From assembly GCA_963976735.1 (NCBI GenBank), contig CAXBLZ010000005.1, positions 2,559 to 66,558 of the forward strand: DNA of 64,000 nucleotides. The letters run 5' to 3'. Below are positions 1 to 9,868 of the stretch, one piece after another. Made by a program: the position numbers and the translations under genes. Source of the stretch: an uncultured Halioglobus sp. GTDB taxonomy: Bacteria; Pseudomonadota; Gammaproteobacteria; Pseudomonadales; Halieaceae. Positions within the stretch are counted from its first letter, which is position 1. Each line of letters starts with the position of its first letter. The notes beneath the pieces are model-generated. The model saw nothing but the letters and a program-made list of their open reading frames with translations. It had not been told where the DNA came from and did not search any database.

Positions 1-14
1 TACCCGTTGATTAG

Positions 15-185
15 AACAAGGGGTCAGAGTACTTGAACGAAGAAGGCGGCCCCCAAATCCGACAATATCGCTCTGGCATGGACGCCAGCAATGATCGAGG
101 ATGGTTTATCACTTGGGAACTTGAGGATAAAAATGGAGGCTCGGGTCATCTCCGAATAGCTTCTATATACAACTGTTTTACCTGA
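15..185 (+). pseudogene. Startless 3' gene fragment fused to a GGGGTCAGAGTAC junction motif
   Basis: After TAG at 12-14 the frame reads NKGSEYLNEEGGPQIRQYRSGMDASNDRGWFITWELEDKNGGSGHLRIASIYNCFT*. It has no early start with an RBS, and an AT-rich tract follows. Confidence 0.35.
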
Positions 186-262
186 TATTTTTTAAAGTAA
201 ATCATAATTGTTGAATTACATCGAATATTGAGCCAATTCGGAATAATTTTTGCGCGTCTCTA

Positions 263-3200
263 TCACTCGCCAACGTTGACCAACGGACCCTCTTCCAACT
301 TTGCCACCACCCCGTCCCGCCGCTTCGCAACATACGTATACACCACCGGCAGCACAAACAACGTAAACACCGTCCCGATCGACATCCCCGTCACAATCAC
401 CAGGCCAATGTGATACCGGCTCACCGCCCCGGGCCCTGACGCAATCAACAGCGGTATCACCGCCATCACAATCGCCGCCGTGGTCATCAGGATCGGACGC
501 AGCCGCACCGCCGCCGCTTCGATGATCGCCTCCTCGAACGCCACGCCCTTGTCCTGCAGCCGGCGCGCAAAATCCACCATCAATATGCCGTGCTTGCTGA
601 TCAGGCCGACCAGTGTGATCAGGCCCACCTGGCTGAACAGGCTCAGCGTGGCGAAGTCCAGGGTGAGGAAGATCAGCGCCCCGCACAGCGACATCGGCAC
701 GGTCACCAGCACCACCAGCGGGTCGCGCAGGCTCTCGAACTGGGCGACGAGGAACAGGTAGATCGTCAGCAGCGACAGCAGGAACGCGTAGATCAGGGTG
801 TTGCCCGATTGCAGGAACGCGCGCGCCTGGCCGCTGTAGTCCACGCTGAAACCGGGAGGCAATAAGCGTTCCTGTACACCATCGAGGTAATCCAGCGCTT
901 CCTGCATGGCCACGCCGGGCATCGGCACCAGCGATATGGTCGCGGTATTGAGTCCATTGAACTGGTTCAGGGCACGCGGTTCGGCATCGAGGCGGGTGGT
1001 CACCACCGCGGACAGCGGGATGCTGTCGCCGCTGGCGCTGCGCACGTAGTAGCGCTCCAGCCAGGCGCGGTCGATGCGCTGTTCGGGGTTGGCCTGGGGT
1101 ATCACGTCGTAGCTCTCGCCCTTGTAGCTGAAGCGGCTGATATAGCCCTCGCCGAGCATCACGGAAAGGGTAGTCGCGATGTCCTCCATATCAATGCCCA
1201 GTTCGCCCGCCTTGTCGCGGTCGATGTCGACGTGAATCTGCGGCTTGGAGAATTTCAGGTCATTGGCGGAGTAAATAAAGTTCCCGCTGTTGCGAATCGC
1301 CTGCAACAGGTGGTCGCTGACCTCGGCGAGTTCCGCGTGGTCGGCGGTGGTCTGGACCGCCATCTGTATCGGCATTGAGCCCGCCGCGCCCGCCGGCGAC
1401 ATGTCCACGATAAACACGTTGGCCTCGATGCCCGGCACCTGGTTCACCATCTCCTGCACGATATTGCGCAGTTCCATCGCGCTGCGCTCGCGTTCATCCC
1501 AGGGCGCAAGCTCGACCGCGACCATCGAGGTGCCGTCGGTGAGCATCCCCTCCAGGCGCAGTGAGCCGGTGTACTCTGGCAGCTCCTGCAACGCCGCTTC
1601 CAACCTGGCACCGCTCTCGGTGACAAACTCCTCGCTGAGGTGGCCGGGAATCGTGTAGGCGGTATGGACATAGCCCGGGTCCTCCAGCGGCACAAGCTCC
1701 TGTTCGGACAGCAGGAACAGCACCGGAATCGTGGCGATCACGGTGACCGCGACCAGCGCCCACACCGGGCGGTAGCGCAGGGCGGTGTGCAGCGCCCTGG
1801 CGTAGCGACGGCGCAGGGTATCAAAGCGCTGGTCCAGCCAGTGGGCGATCGAGTTGTCCTGTTCCTGTTTTAAAATGCGCGAACACAACATCGGTGACAG
1901 CGTGAGCGCGACGATACCGGAGATGACCACCGATCCGGCCAGCGTGAACACAAATTCCGAGATCAGCTCGCCGCTCAGGCCCTGCATGAAGCTCACCGGC
2001 AGGAACACGGCGACCAGCGTCAGGCTCATGCTGATGACCGGGCCGATCACCTCCCGCGCGCCCTCGCGCGCGGCCTCCATCGGCGGCATGCCCTCCTCGA
2101 TATGGCGATGGATGTTCTCCACCACCACGATGGTGTCGTCGACCACCAGCCCGATGGCGATGACCAGCGCCAGCATGGTGAACAGGTTCAGTGAGTAGCC
2201 CATCATCCACATGACCAGGAACGTGCCGATCAGCGACAGCGGAATGCTGATCAACATGATCAGCACCGAGCGCGGATTGCCGAAGAACAGCAGCGTGATC
2301 AGCGCGACAATGACCAGCGCCTCGAACAGCGTGGTGGTGACCTCAAGCAGGGCGTTCTCAACGTATTTGCCGTTGTCGGAGAAGACATCGGCGGTCATGG
2401 AGGCGGGCAGCTTCTCCTGCAATTCCTGCAGCCCCTGGCGGACATTGCGGCTCAGCTCCAGTGGGTTGGAGTCGGGGGCCATGGATATGCCGATCAGCAG
2501 GCCGGGTACCCCATCGACGAAGCCGCGCTTGCGCTCCGGCGCCGAGGCCAGTTCAACGGTCGCCACGTCCCGCACGCGCACCACTGCGCCGTCGCTTTCG
2601 CGTATCACGATGCTGGCGAAGGCTTCCGCCGTGTTGATGTCGGTGGCCGCGCGTACCGGCTGCACCACCAGCGTGTCGCGCATCTCCCCGGCCTCGCTGG
2701 TGAAGTTGTTGCTGCGCACAGCGTCCTGCAGCTCGGCGGCGGTGACATCCATCGCCGCCATGCGCACCGGGTCGATCCACAGGCGCATCGCGAAGGGCCG
2801 CTCACCGAGGATCACCAGGCCGGCCACGCCTTCGCGCGTGAGGATGCCGGGGCGCACCACGCGATAGAAGTATTCGGTCAGTTGCTCCGGTGTCATCTGC
2901 GTGTCCTGCAGCCGGATCCACAGCGGCGGGCTGCTGCCCCAGCTCTTGGTGATGACCGGTTCCAGTGCGTTGGGCGGCAGCTCGCCGCGCACCGACGCGA
3001 CCTTGCCGATGACATCGGTCACGAGCTGGTTCACATCGTAGTCGGCGGTGTTGTAGATGGTGATGGAGGAGAGGCCGTCACTGCTGGAGGAGATGTAGTA
3101 GTCGATGCCCTCCGCGCCAATGATGGCGCGTTGCAGCGGCCCGGTGACAAAACCCTGCACCACATCGGCGGGCGCGCCCGGATAGGCGGTATCGAGATGA

Positions 3201-3334
3201 ATGGAGGCGGGCTGTACGTCGGGATAGGGGCGCAGGCCCAGCGAGCTGAACGCCACCAGGCCGAACAGCAGGATGAGCGCGTTGAGCACCCACGCGAGCA
3301 GCGGGCGCCGGATGAATAAATCTGTGAAGCGCAC
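263..3334 (-). CDS. RND efflux transporter permease, AcrB/AcrD/AcrF (HAE1) family
   Basis: 1023 aa with two large periplasmic loops. Proton-relay motifs present: IGLVVDDTIVVVENI, GLISKHGIL, RLRPILMTT. Start abuts the adaptor gene stop. Confidence 0.97.
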   Translation of the reverse strand: MRFTDLFIRRPLLAWVLNALILLFGLVAFSSLGLRPYPDVQPASIHLDTAYPGAPADVVQGFVTGPLQRAIIGAEGIDYYISSSSDGLSSITIYNTADYDVNQLVTDVIGKVASVRGELPPNALEPVITKSWGSSPPLWIRLQDTQMTPEQLTEYFYRVVRPGILTREGVAGLVILGERPFAMRLWIDPVRMAAMDVTAAELQDAVRSNNFTSEAGEMRDTLVVQPVRAATDINTAEAFASIVIRESDGAVVRVRDVATVELASAPERKRGFVDGVPGLLIGISMAPDSNPLELSRNVRQGLQELQEKLPASMTADVFSDNGKYVENALLEVTTTLFEALVIVALITLLFFGNPRSVLIMLISIPLSLIGTFLVMWMMGYSLNLFTMLALVIAIGLVVDDTIVVVENIHRHIEEGMPPMEAAREGAREVIGPVISMSLTLVAVFLPVSFMQGLSGELISEFVFTLAGSVVISGIVALTLSPMLCSRILKQEQDNSIAHWLDQRFDTLRRRYARALHTALRYRPVWALVAVTVIATIPVLFLLSEQELVPLEDPGYVHTAYTIPGHLSEEFVTESGARLEAALQELPEYTGSLRLEGMLTDGTSMVAVELAPWDERERSAMELRNIVQEMVNQVPGIEANVFIVDMSPAGAAGSMPIQMAVQTTADHAELAEVSDHLLQAIRNSGNFIYSANDLKFSKPQIHVDIDRDKAGELGIDMEDIATTLSVMLGEGYISRFSYKGESYDVIPQANPEQRIDRAWLERYYVRSASGDSIPLSAVVTTRLDAEPRALNQFNGLNTATISLVPMPGVAMQEALDYLDGVQERLLPPGFSVDYSGQARAFLQSGNTLIYAFLLSLLTIYLFLVAQFESLRDPLVVLVTVPMSLCGALIFLTLDFATLSLFSQVGLITLVGLISKHGILMVDFARRLQDKGVAFEEAIIEAAAVRLRPILMTTAAIVMAVIPLLIASGPGAVSRYHIGLVIVTGMSIGTVFTLFVLPVVYTYVAKRRDGVVAKLEEGPLVNVGE

Positions 3335-4476
3335 TACCGGGCTCCCGCAGACACTGTTTCGTCGGCCGTGGGTGTGTTCGCCTCCAGAGCGGCGAGATTC
3401 TCGATCACCACCGGCGAGCCCTCCAGCAGTCGATGCTGGGTATCCAGTGCCACCAGCTGACCCGCTTCAATACCGGTCACCGCCAGGCGACCATCGCGCG
3501 TCTGGCCGCTCTTCACAGGGGTACGGTAGGCCTTCCAGCCAGGCGTCCCGGTGTCGGCATCGTTTTCCTGTTGCAGCAGGTACACGGTTTCACCGTACAG
3601 CGTAAAAGCGACTGCCGTGCGCGGCAGCGTTACCACCTCACGACTTTGCGCCAGTACGACCGTGGCATCCGCGAACATACCGGGCAGCAGTTCATGCTGG
3701 GGGTTGTCCACCTCGGCCCGCACCAGCACATTGCGCGTCGTCGCCTGCACCTGCACATCGATAAAGCGAATCACGCCGGTAAAGGAGCGGCCGGGATGGC
3801 TGGGCACGGAAAAATTCACCTGTTGGCCGAGCCGCAGGTTTTCCAGTTCCTTCTCGGGCAGGTTCATGTCGAGGTAGAGCGTGTCGAGATCCTGCAGCGA
3901 GACCACCGCGTCGCCCCGGGACAGGTAGTGTCCCTCGGCGAGGTTGTGAATGCCGATGCTGCTGTCAAACGGGGCGCGGATGCTCTTCTTGGCGATGATG
4001 CCCTGCGTCTCGTCAAAAAACGCCTGCGCGCTTTCGTATTCACTGCGGCTGCTTTCGAACTGGTCCTCGGAGACCAGGTCCCGCTCGAACAGCGCCCGGT
4101 CGCGCTCAAAATCCCGACGGGATTTCTGCAGGCGCACATCGGCGCTTTTCAGCGTCGCGCGATCCACCGTGTCGTCCAGTTCCACCATCAGCTCGCCGGC
4201 CGCAATCCACTGCCCCGGCACGATGTGCAGCGTGCGGATCACCCCGTCCGCTTCGCTGCGAATGTCGATACCGCGTCGCGCCCGCAGCGAGCCGATGGCG
4301 GCGAGGTGTTGCGGCCAGCTTGCGGATGTGGCCACCGCGGCGTTCAGATGTACCGGCGGCGTCCCCATGTTGCTGAGATAGTCCGCGATCATCGCCTGCT
4401 TGTACAACTTGAAGCCGATGACCCCGCCGAAGACGAGGGCCAATAGTGCGGATGCCAGGATAAAACGTTTCAACAT
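3334..4476 (-). CDS. RND efflux periplasmic adaptor (membrane fusion protein)
   Basis: N-terminal TM (MLKRFILASALLALVFGGVIG), lipoyl-like halves, coiled hairpin, LLPGMF motif. ATG at 4476 preferred over the ORF-track start at 4524. Confidence 0.95.
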   Translation of the reverse strand: MLKRFILASALLALVFGGVIGFKLYKQAMIADYLSNMGTPPVHLNAAVATSASWPQHLAAIGSLRARRGIDIRSEADGVIRTLHIVPGQWIAAGELMVELDDTVDRATLKSADVRLQKSRRDFERDRALFERDLVSEDQFESSRSEYESAQAFFDETQGIIAKKSIRAPFDSSIGIHNLAEGHYLSRGDAVVSLQDLDTLYLDMNLPEKELENLRLGQQVNFSVPSHPGRSFTGVIRFIDVQVQATTRNVLVRAEVDNPQHELLPGMFADATVVLAQSREVVTLPRTAVAFTLYGETVYLLQQENDADTGTPGWKAYRTPVKSGQTRDGRLAVTGIEAGQLVALDTQHRLLEGSPVVIENLAALEANTPTADETVSAGAR

Positions 4477-4644
4477 GGTAGAACTCGCGGGTGAAAACGT
4501 GCCTGTGCCGAAACCCGGTGGCACGTCACATCGGGAAGGGTCAGTGGGTTCACATGACTATCTTGCGCGAAGCGTCAAAAATCGATGCATTTGCCCAAGC
4601 GGGGTTCCGCTTGCCGATTTAACTCAGACAAGCGGCGCGCTCGG

Positions 4645-5778
4645 CTATCCCACCTTGGCCAAGTACTCTGCACAGATATCCTGTCCCAGCTCGCCCATCA
4701 ATTGTGCACTGCTGCCGGCGGTCAATTCGATCTGGCGCGCCAGTTCACAGTAGCGGAATAACACGTAATCGCGATCCACGCCGGTGCCGCCGTGGCAGTG
4801 CTGTGAGGCCTGGCTGACCCGGTGTGTTACGTTGCCACACCAGAGTTTCGCCATTTTTACCGCCTCGCCAGCCGGGCGACCCTGGTCGATCAATGAGGCG
4901 GCCTGTTGCGTCACCAGGCGCAGGCACTCAACGTCGATATAGCAGTCTGCGACGCGGTGGCTGACCGCCTGGAAGGTGGCAATCGCGCGACCAAACTGCT
5001 CGCGCTCCGACGTGTAACTGCCGGTGATGCGCATCATCTTGTCACAGACGCCCACCGCCATGGCGGCGAGTGCGGTGCGGGTGGCCTGCAGCGCCCACTC
5101 CATCGCCGCCACCGCCTCGCGACCGACCACCACGATATCCGCTGTCGGCACTTGTGCTTTGTCCATGACGAGTTCGTGGCGGGTCTCGCCGGTGGTGACA
5201 ATCTGGGCATTGAGCGTCACACCGGCGGCGCGCGGATCAACCAGGGCTACCACCAGGTCATCGCCCGCCCTGGCCGACACCAGGATACGCGCTGCTGATT
5301 TCGCCAGGCTCACGCAGATTTTGCTGCCGCTGATCGAGTAGCCGCCATCCATTTTTTGCGCGGTACACGTCGGGGCGGCGGGGTCATCGTTGTTGTATTC
5401 TTCCAGGCCCGCAGTCACCAGCGTGTTGCCACTGGCGATACCGCCGAGCCATTTCTCATTCTGGGCGTCGCTGCCGAAGCGCTTGAGGGTACCCGCTGCC
5501 GACACCAGCACCGGGATCACCGGCACCGGTGCGACAGTGCGACCCACCTCTTCGCACAGCGTGGTCAGGCTGTAAAAGCCCAATCCGGTACCGCCGTTGT
5601 CCTCCGGGATATCCAAACCCAGCAGCCCGGCCTCGGCCAGCGCCTGCCACAGCGCGGTGTCCATGCGCTCTTCCTGCTGCTCGATGACCTTGAGCTTGTC
5701 GACTTCAGTAAAGTCCCCCAGGATCTGCTGGGCCAGTTGCTGCGCGCTTTTTACTTCTTCAGAAATTGTGAAATCCAC
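4645..5778 (-). CDS. Acyl-CoA dehydrogenase family protein, likely second subunit of a heteromeric pair
   Basis: MDFTISEE start, GLLGLDIPEDNGGTGLG and REQFGRAIATFQAVSHR motifs. Directly downstream of another ACAD. Confidence 0.92.
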   Translation of the reverse strand: MDFTISEEVKSAQQLAQQILGDFTEVDKLKVIEQQEERMDTALWQALAEAGLLGLDIPEDNGGTGLGFYSLTTLCEEVGRTVAPVPVIPVLVSAAGTLKRFGSDAQNEKWLGGIASGNTLVTAGLEEYNNDDPAAPTCTAQKMDGGYSISGSKICVSLAKSAARILVSARAGDDLVVALVDPRAAGVTLNAQIVTTGETRHELVMDKAQVPTADIVVVGREAVAAMEWALQATRTALAAMAVGVCDKMMRITGSYTSEREQFGRAIATFQAVSHRVADCYIDVECLRLVTQQAASLIDQGRPAGEAVKMAKLWCGNVTHRVSQASQHCHGGTGVDRDYVLFRYCELARQIELTAGSSAQLMGELGQDICAEYLAKVG

Positions 5779-5790
5779 GGCCTGATTCTC

Positions 5791-6972
5791 CTAGCGTGTG
5801 CGGGGCATCCACAGCCCCGCCATGGCGATAATATCGCGTTGTACTTCGTTGGTGCCGCCGCCAAAGGTGAGCACCGCGCCCACCCGCCAGCGAAACTCCA
5901 GCTTGCCCTTGAGCACGGCACCCGGGGAGTGCATGGCAATTGTGCCGGCCTGCCCCATGACTTCCAGCAGCATGCGGTACAGCTCGACAAAGAACTCACT
6001 GCTGTAGACCTTTGCCACCGAGGCGTCGGCCATATCCAGCGGCCCCTGGTCCATCGCCCACGCCTGCTTCCAGCAGATCAATTTGACCACTTCCAGCCCG
6101 GCTTTGACCTTGGCCAGATTGTGCTGCACCCACGGTTGCTCGATGACCTTGCCGCCCCTGGGCGCATCGGTTTCAGCGGCCCATTCGCAGACGCCTTCAT
6201 ACAGCGACGCCACCTGACCGTGGGTGAACAGGGACAGCCGTTCGATATTGAGCTGGCCGGTGATCAGTTTCCAGCCGGCATTCACCTCGCCGACACGGTA
6301 TTTGTCCGGCAGGCGGATGTCGCTGTAGTAGGTGGCGTTGGTACGCACACCCAGAGTGTGTACCGGCGTCAGTGAAAAGCCCTCGATATCCGTCGGCACC
6401 AGAAACATCGTGAGCCCCTTGTGCTTTTTGCTGGCATCCGGATCAGTGCGTGCCGCCAGCCAGACGTAGTCGGCGAAATTGCCGAGGCTGGTCCACATTT
6501 TCTGGCCGTTGATGATCCAGTCGTCACCGTCGCGCTCGGCACGTGTGGTGAGGCTGGCCAGGTCAGTGCCCGCATTCGGTTCGGAGTAGCCGATCGCGAT
6601 GGTGACCTTGCCCTGCTTGACCCCGCCGACGACTTCCTCGCGCACCTCGGCGTTGGCGTTGGCGGCGATCACCGGTGTCACTGCTTCGGTGGTCAGGAAC
6701 GGGTAGGCGAAGCCGGAGCGCACGACCTCATCGGTAAAAATATACTGTTCGACATGCGACAGTTCCTTGCCGCCCAACTCCTTGGACCAGCTCAGGCCTA
6801 TCCAGCCATCGGCGCCCATGCGAGCGTACTGCTTGCGAAACTCCGGGCCGCCCCCCTCCTTGAACTCGGGGATTTTCATCTCCTCCAGCAGTTCCGGCGT
6901 CATGACAGTCTTCATGTACTCGCGGACTTCCATCTGGAGTGCTTTTTGCTGCGTGGTTAACTCTATGTTCAT
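5791..6972 (-). CDS. Acyl-CoA dehydrogenase (FadE26/ChsE-like catalytic subunit)
   Basis: Motifs IGYSEPNAGTDLASL, NGQKMWTS, LNIERL, TFGGGTNEVQRDII. ATG at 6972 follows a GAGG RBS. Confidence 0.93.
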   Translation of the reverse strand: MNIELTTQQKALQMEVREYMKTVMTPELLEEMKIPEFKEGGGPEFRKQYARMGADGWIGLSWSKELGGKELSHVEQYIFTDEVVRSGFAYPFLTTEAVTPVIAANANAEVREEVVGGVKQGKVTIAIGYSEPNAGTDLASLTTRAERDGDDWIINGQKMWTSLGNFADYVWLAARTDPDASKKHKGLTMFLVPTDIEGFSLTPVHTLGVRTNATYYSDIRLPDKYRVGEVNAGWKLITGQLNIERLSLFTHGQVASLYEGVCEWAAETDAPRGGKVIEQPWVQHNLAKVKAGLEVVKLICWKQAWAMDQGPLDMADASVAKVYSSEFFVELYRMLLEVMGQAGTIAMHSPGAVLKGKLEFRWRVGAVLTFGGGTNEVQRDIIAMAGLWMPRTR

Positions 6973-7050
6973 GGTTCTGGTCCTCTGCCAGTCGTTCTGT
7001 GTAGTCGCTGTCGCGCTGTTTGTTATCACGCCTGTCGCTGTCGGGCTTGC

Positions 7051-8061
7051 TCAGGCGTTCTGTATATCGGCTATTAACTGTCTTTGCAGCGTGCTATCCC
7101 CTGTGTCCACCGTGCACATCCAGGTATCAACCAGACTTCCGTAGCGCTGCGTGAGCAGGGCCGGTACCTGTTCGATGTGTTCGCTGACGATCGCAAACGT
7201 GTGCAGGATGTCATCCGTAATCAGCTCGCCCATGTCCTGCCAGCGGCCCTCGCGCGTCAGCCGGTGCGCTTCGGCCTGCAGCTCGCCCCAGCCGTGCAAT
7301 TCCAGCACCGGGCGGTAAGCAGGGGTAGAGGCATAAAATGCCAGCTGATTCTGCACCATCGAGCGGGATTGCGCATAGGCTTCTTCACTGGTGCCTGTTA
7401 CCACCATCACCGGTATGCTGATGTCAAACGCCGCCCGGCTGCGCCCGGATTTTGCCAGTCCGCGCTCCACTGCCGGTAGTGTAACTTGTCGCAGGTATTT
7501 TTCAGTGGTGAAGGTATGAGCAATCATCCCATTGGCCACTTCTCCTGCCACTTCTGACATCAATGGCCCGACAGCGGCGAGATTCACCGCCGGCCCGCCG
7601 TAAGTGGCGTCTGCGGGGACGAACATCGGTGTCATCAGGTTGTGCTGGTAGAACTCACCTTCAAACGCCAGTTTCCCGCCAGTTTCCCAGCACGTCCAGA
7701 TGGCTTGCATGGCGAGGATAAACTCACGCATGCGTGCGGCCGGCCGTGACCACGGCATGGAAAAGCGACGTGTGATATGCGGTTTGATCTGTGAACCCAG
7801 TCCCAGGGTAAAGCGGCCTTTCGCGTACTGGTTCAAGTCCCAGGCCAGGTTGGCCATAGTCATCGGATTGCGTGCGAATGCCACACTGATAGAGGTGGTC
7901 AGCGCGATAGTCTCACTGTGCTCGGCGGCCAGTACCAGTGGGAAAAACGGATCGTTGTTGATCTCTGCGGAAAAGGCGGCGTCATAGCCGCGCGCCTCCA
8001 ACTCTGCGATCGCCTGTGGCGCCTGGTCCAGGTTGGCGCTGAGCATGCCACTGACTCTCAA
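7051..8061 (-). CDS. LLM-class flavin-dependent oxidoreductase, TIGR03617-like (predicted F420-dependent)
   Basis: AFARNPMTMANLAWDL and GRFTLGLGSQIKPHITRRFSMPW match my recollection of this family. The real start may be a few codons from the listed one. Confidence 0.85.
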   Translation of the reverse strand: MRVSGMLSANLDQAPQAIAELEARGYDAAFSAEINNDPFFPLVLAAEHSETIALTTSISVAFARNPMTMANLAWDLNQYAKGRFTLGLGSQIKPHITRRFSMPWSRPAARMREFILAMQAIWTCWETGGKLAFEGEFYQHNLMTPMFVPADATYGGPAVNLAAVGPLMSEVAGEVANGMIAHTFTTEKYLRQVTLPAVERGLAKSGRSRAAFDISIPVMVVTGTSEEAYAQSRSMVQNQLAFYASTPAYRPVLELHGWGELQAEAHRLTREGRWQDMGELITDDILHTFAIVSEHIEQVPALLTQRYGSLVDTWMCTVDTGDSTLQRQLIADIQNA

Positions 8062-8284
8062 AGACCTTCCTCCTTATTTTGTGCTGGTAGTGGGAAATTC
8101 CTGATCAGGCGGCGTTTTACAGCCGATCCCCCGGGCATGGACGCTGCAATAGAGGCTAGCGGGGTTTGCAGAGGGCTGTGCGACGACGCTACAGCACTTT
8201 ACGCGACCTGCCTGTCGGATCAAGTGTCCCAGTGTGCCGATGAGAGTGGCAAAAACGATCATCGCGGCAGAGGTGTAAAGGTGG

Positions 8285-8313
8285 TTGAGCAAATGCCCGG
8301 GCCCGCATATAAT
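8285..8313 (+). promoter_or_regulatory. Sigma70 promoter of tRNA-Val
   Basis: TTGAGC (8285-8290), 17-bp spacer, TATAAT (8308-8313), ending 13 bp before the tRNA. Confidence 0.8.
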
Positions 8314-8326
8314 GCGCTCCCTCCAC

Positions 8327-8403
<77 letters not shown>

Positions 8404-8474
8404 AATTCGTCCGGTCTGTACCGCAGACAAGGTTTACATCACCGGTAAAAAGGATCAGTGCCAGCTTCTAACTT

Positions 8475-8876
8475 CTAGCCGCTTGCGCGCTTGATTTTTT
8501 TTACCTTGAACCGGGATGGCCTGTCACCATTTTCTGCGGCACGGGACATCCAGTACAGATACTTCTCCCGATCCTTGGCCACGCCGTTTCCCGCATAGTA
8601 CATTTTCGCAAGGCACTGCTGCGCTCGTAGATTGCCCTCTTTTGCGGCGGGCTCCAGCAGCTTGAAGGCCTCATTGTATCGACCTTTCATAAAGGCTCTT
8701 ATTCCTGGCTGTATATTGCCAGCCGGGGCAGTCGAGGGCGCTTCCCCGGTTGGGTCAAGGACTTCACTGGCAGCGTCCCGCAGATGGCCCTGATTGCGAT
8801 GGCCGGTATTTTTAAACAGAAGAACAATACACCCAATAGCCACCACCACTACTGTGGTTATTACAAATACAGTCAT
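8475..8876 (-). CDS. Membrane-anchored Sel1-repeat protein
   Basis: N-terminal hydrophobic helix, then Sel1 pattern AAKEGNLRAQQCLAKMYYAGNGVAKD...WMSRAAENG. ATGA overlap with the upstream radical SAM stop. Confidence 0.85.
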   Translation of the reverse strand: MTVFVITTVVVVAIGCIVLLFKNTGHRNQGHLRDAASEVLDPTGEAPSTAPAGNIQPGIRAFMKGRYNEAFKLLEPAAKEGNLRAQQCLAKMYYAGNGVAKDREKYLYWMSRAAENGDRPSRFKVKKIKRASG

Positions 8877-9868
8877 GCAGTTTCCCGTGCGGGTAGAAGC
8901 TGCAGATGGTCTTTCTGTCGCTCTCTCAGCAAATTAGTCACTTTCGTAAGTTTTGACGCGGGGGCCTCCCCGGCTTCAATCTCAAAGAGTGCCTCGCGGA
9001 CTTGATTGATAACGTCCAGGTCACAATTCTTGCACGCCGCAGGGGCTTCACTCTCGAAAAACTTATCGCGTTTGATAATGTCCATTTCTTCGATGCTGTA
9101 ATCGAAAACCGACCCCAATGGCGTCAGCTTTCTATAGTCATTGCAGCACATATAATATTGGCCATTCCAGCCGACAAACAACAAAATAAATGGTACGCCA
9201 CAGACGTGACTGAGGTTGTTCTTTTTAAGTATGTCTATTGCTTGTTCGGTATGGTGGTTGTTGCCGACAAAATAATTGCCATTATCGCAGGCGCCGCCCC
9301 GGTTGGTTTGTTCAAAGTGGATGCACTGATCAATACCCGCATCGATCCAGAATTTTCGGTAACCATCCAGTTTCGCTCGATTCAGATCATGTGCGACCAG
9401 GCTGACCTGTGTGCGAATGGGTTTCCCCGCAGCCTCGTTCATATCCAGGAAACGCAGGATATTGTCCCGAGTTGTGTCGTACTTCAGGGCGTAGACCTCT
9501 TCGTAATCATCACCCATGTCGCTGATACTGAATACAATATGCTCGACGCCAGCTTCCAGAATACGTCTGGATAACGCTTCGGTCATCAGCGAGCCATTAG
9601 TGGTGAAACCAAACTCGAGCCCGAGCCCCCGCATATGATCGGCGAACTCGGGAAGCAATGGGTGCAAGGTGGGCTCACCCTGGCCCGCAGCATGAAATTT
9701 TGGTGTGTGCTCCAGTTCCATCGCCCTTTCAATGGCTTTCTTGAAAGTTTCCATGGTTATGAAGCCTTGTTCAGGCGTTTGATCGCGAGGACAAAAAGTA
9801 CACTGTGCATTGCACCGGTTGGTAAGCTCAATTTCGAAATTTCGCATACCGGGTATGAACTTGGCCAT
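8873..9868 (-). CDS. Radical SAM enzyme with C-terminal SPASM/twitch-like Fe-S domain
   Basis: CNAQCTFC (CxxxCxxC), GQGEPTLHP, TTNGSL. C-terminal C..YMCC..CKNC. RBS GGGGA before the ATG. Confidence 0.93.
   Translation of the reverse strand: MAKFIPGMRNFEIELTNRCNAQCTFCPRDQTPEQGFITMETFKKAIERAMELEHTPKFHAAGQGEPTLHPLLPEFADHMRGLGLEFGFTTNGSLMTEALSRRILEAGVEHIVFSISDMGDDYEEVYALKYDTTRDNILRFLDMNEAAGKPIRTQVSLVAHDLNRAKLDGYRKFWIDAGIDQCIHFEQTNRGGACDNGNYFVGNNHHTEQAIDILKKNNLSHVCGVPFILLFVGWNGQYYMCCNDYRKLTPLGSVFDYSIEEMDIIKRDKFFESEAPAACKNCDLDVINQVREALFEIEAGEAPASKLTKVTNLLRERQKDHLQLLPARETA

Noticed and set aside
7005-7043. Short direct repeat TCGCTGTCG in the LLM-ACAD spacer
   Set aside because: Only two 9-bp GC-rich copies, compatible with chance.
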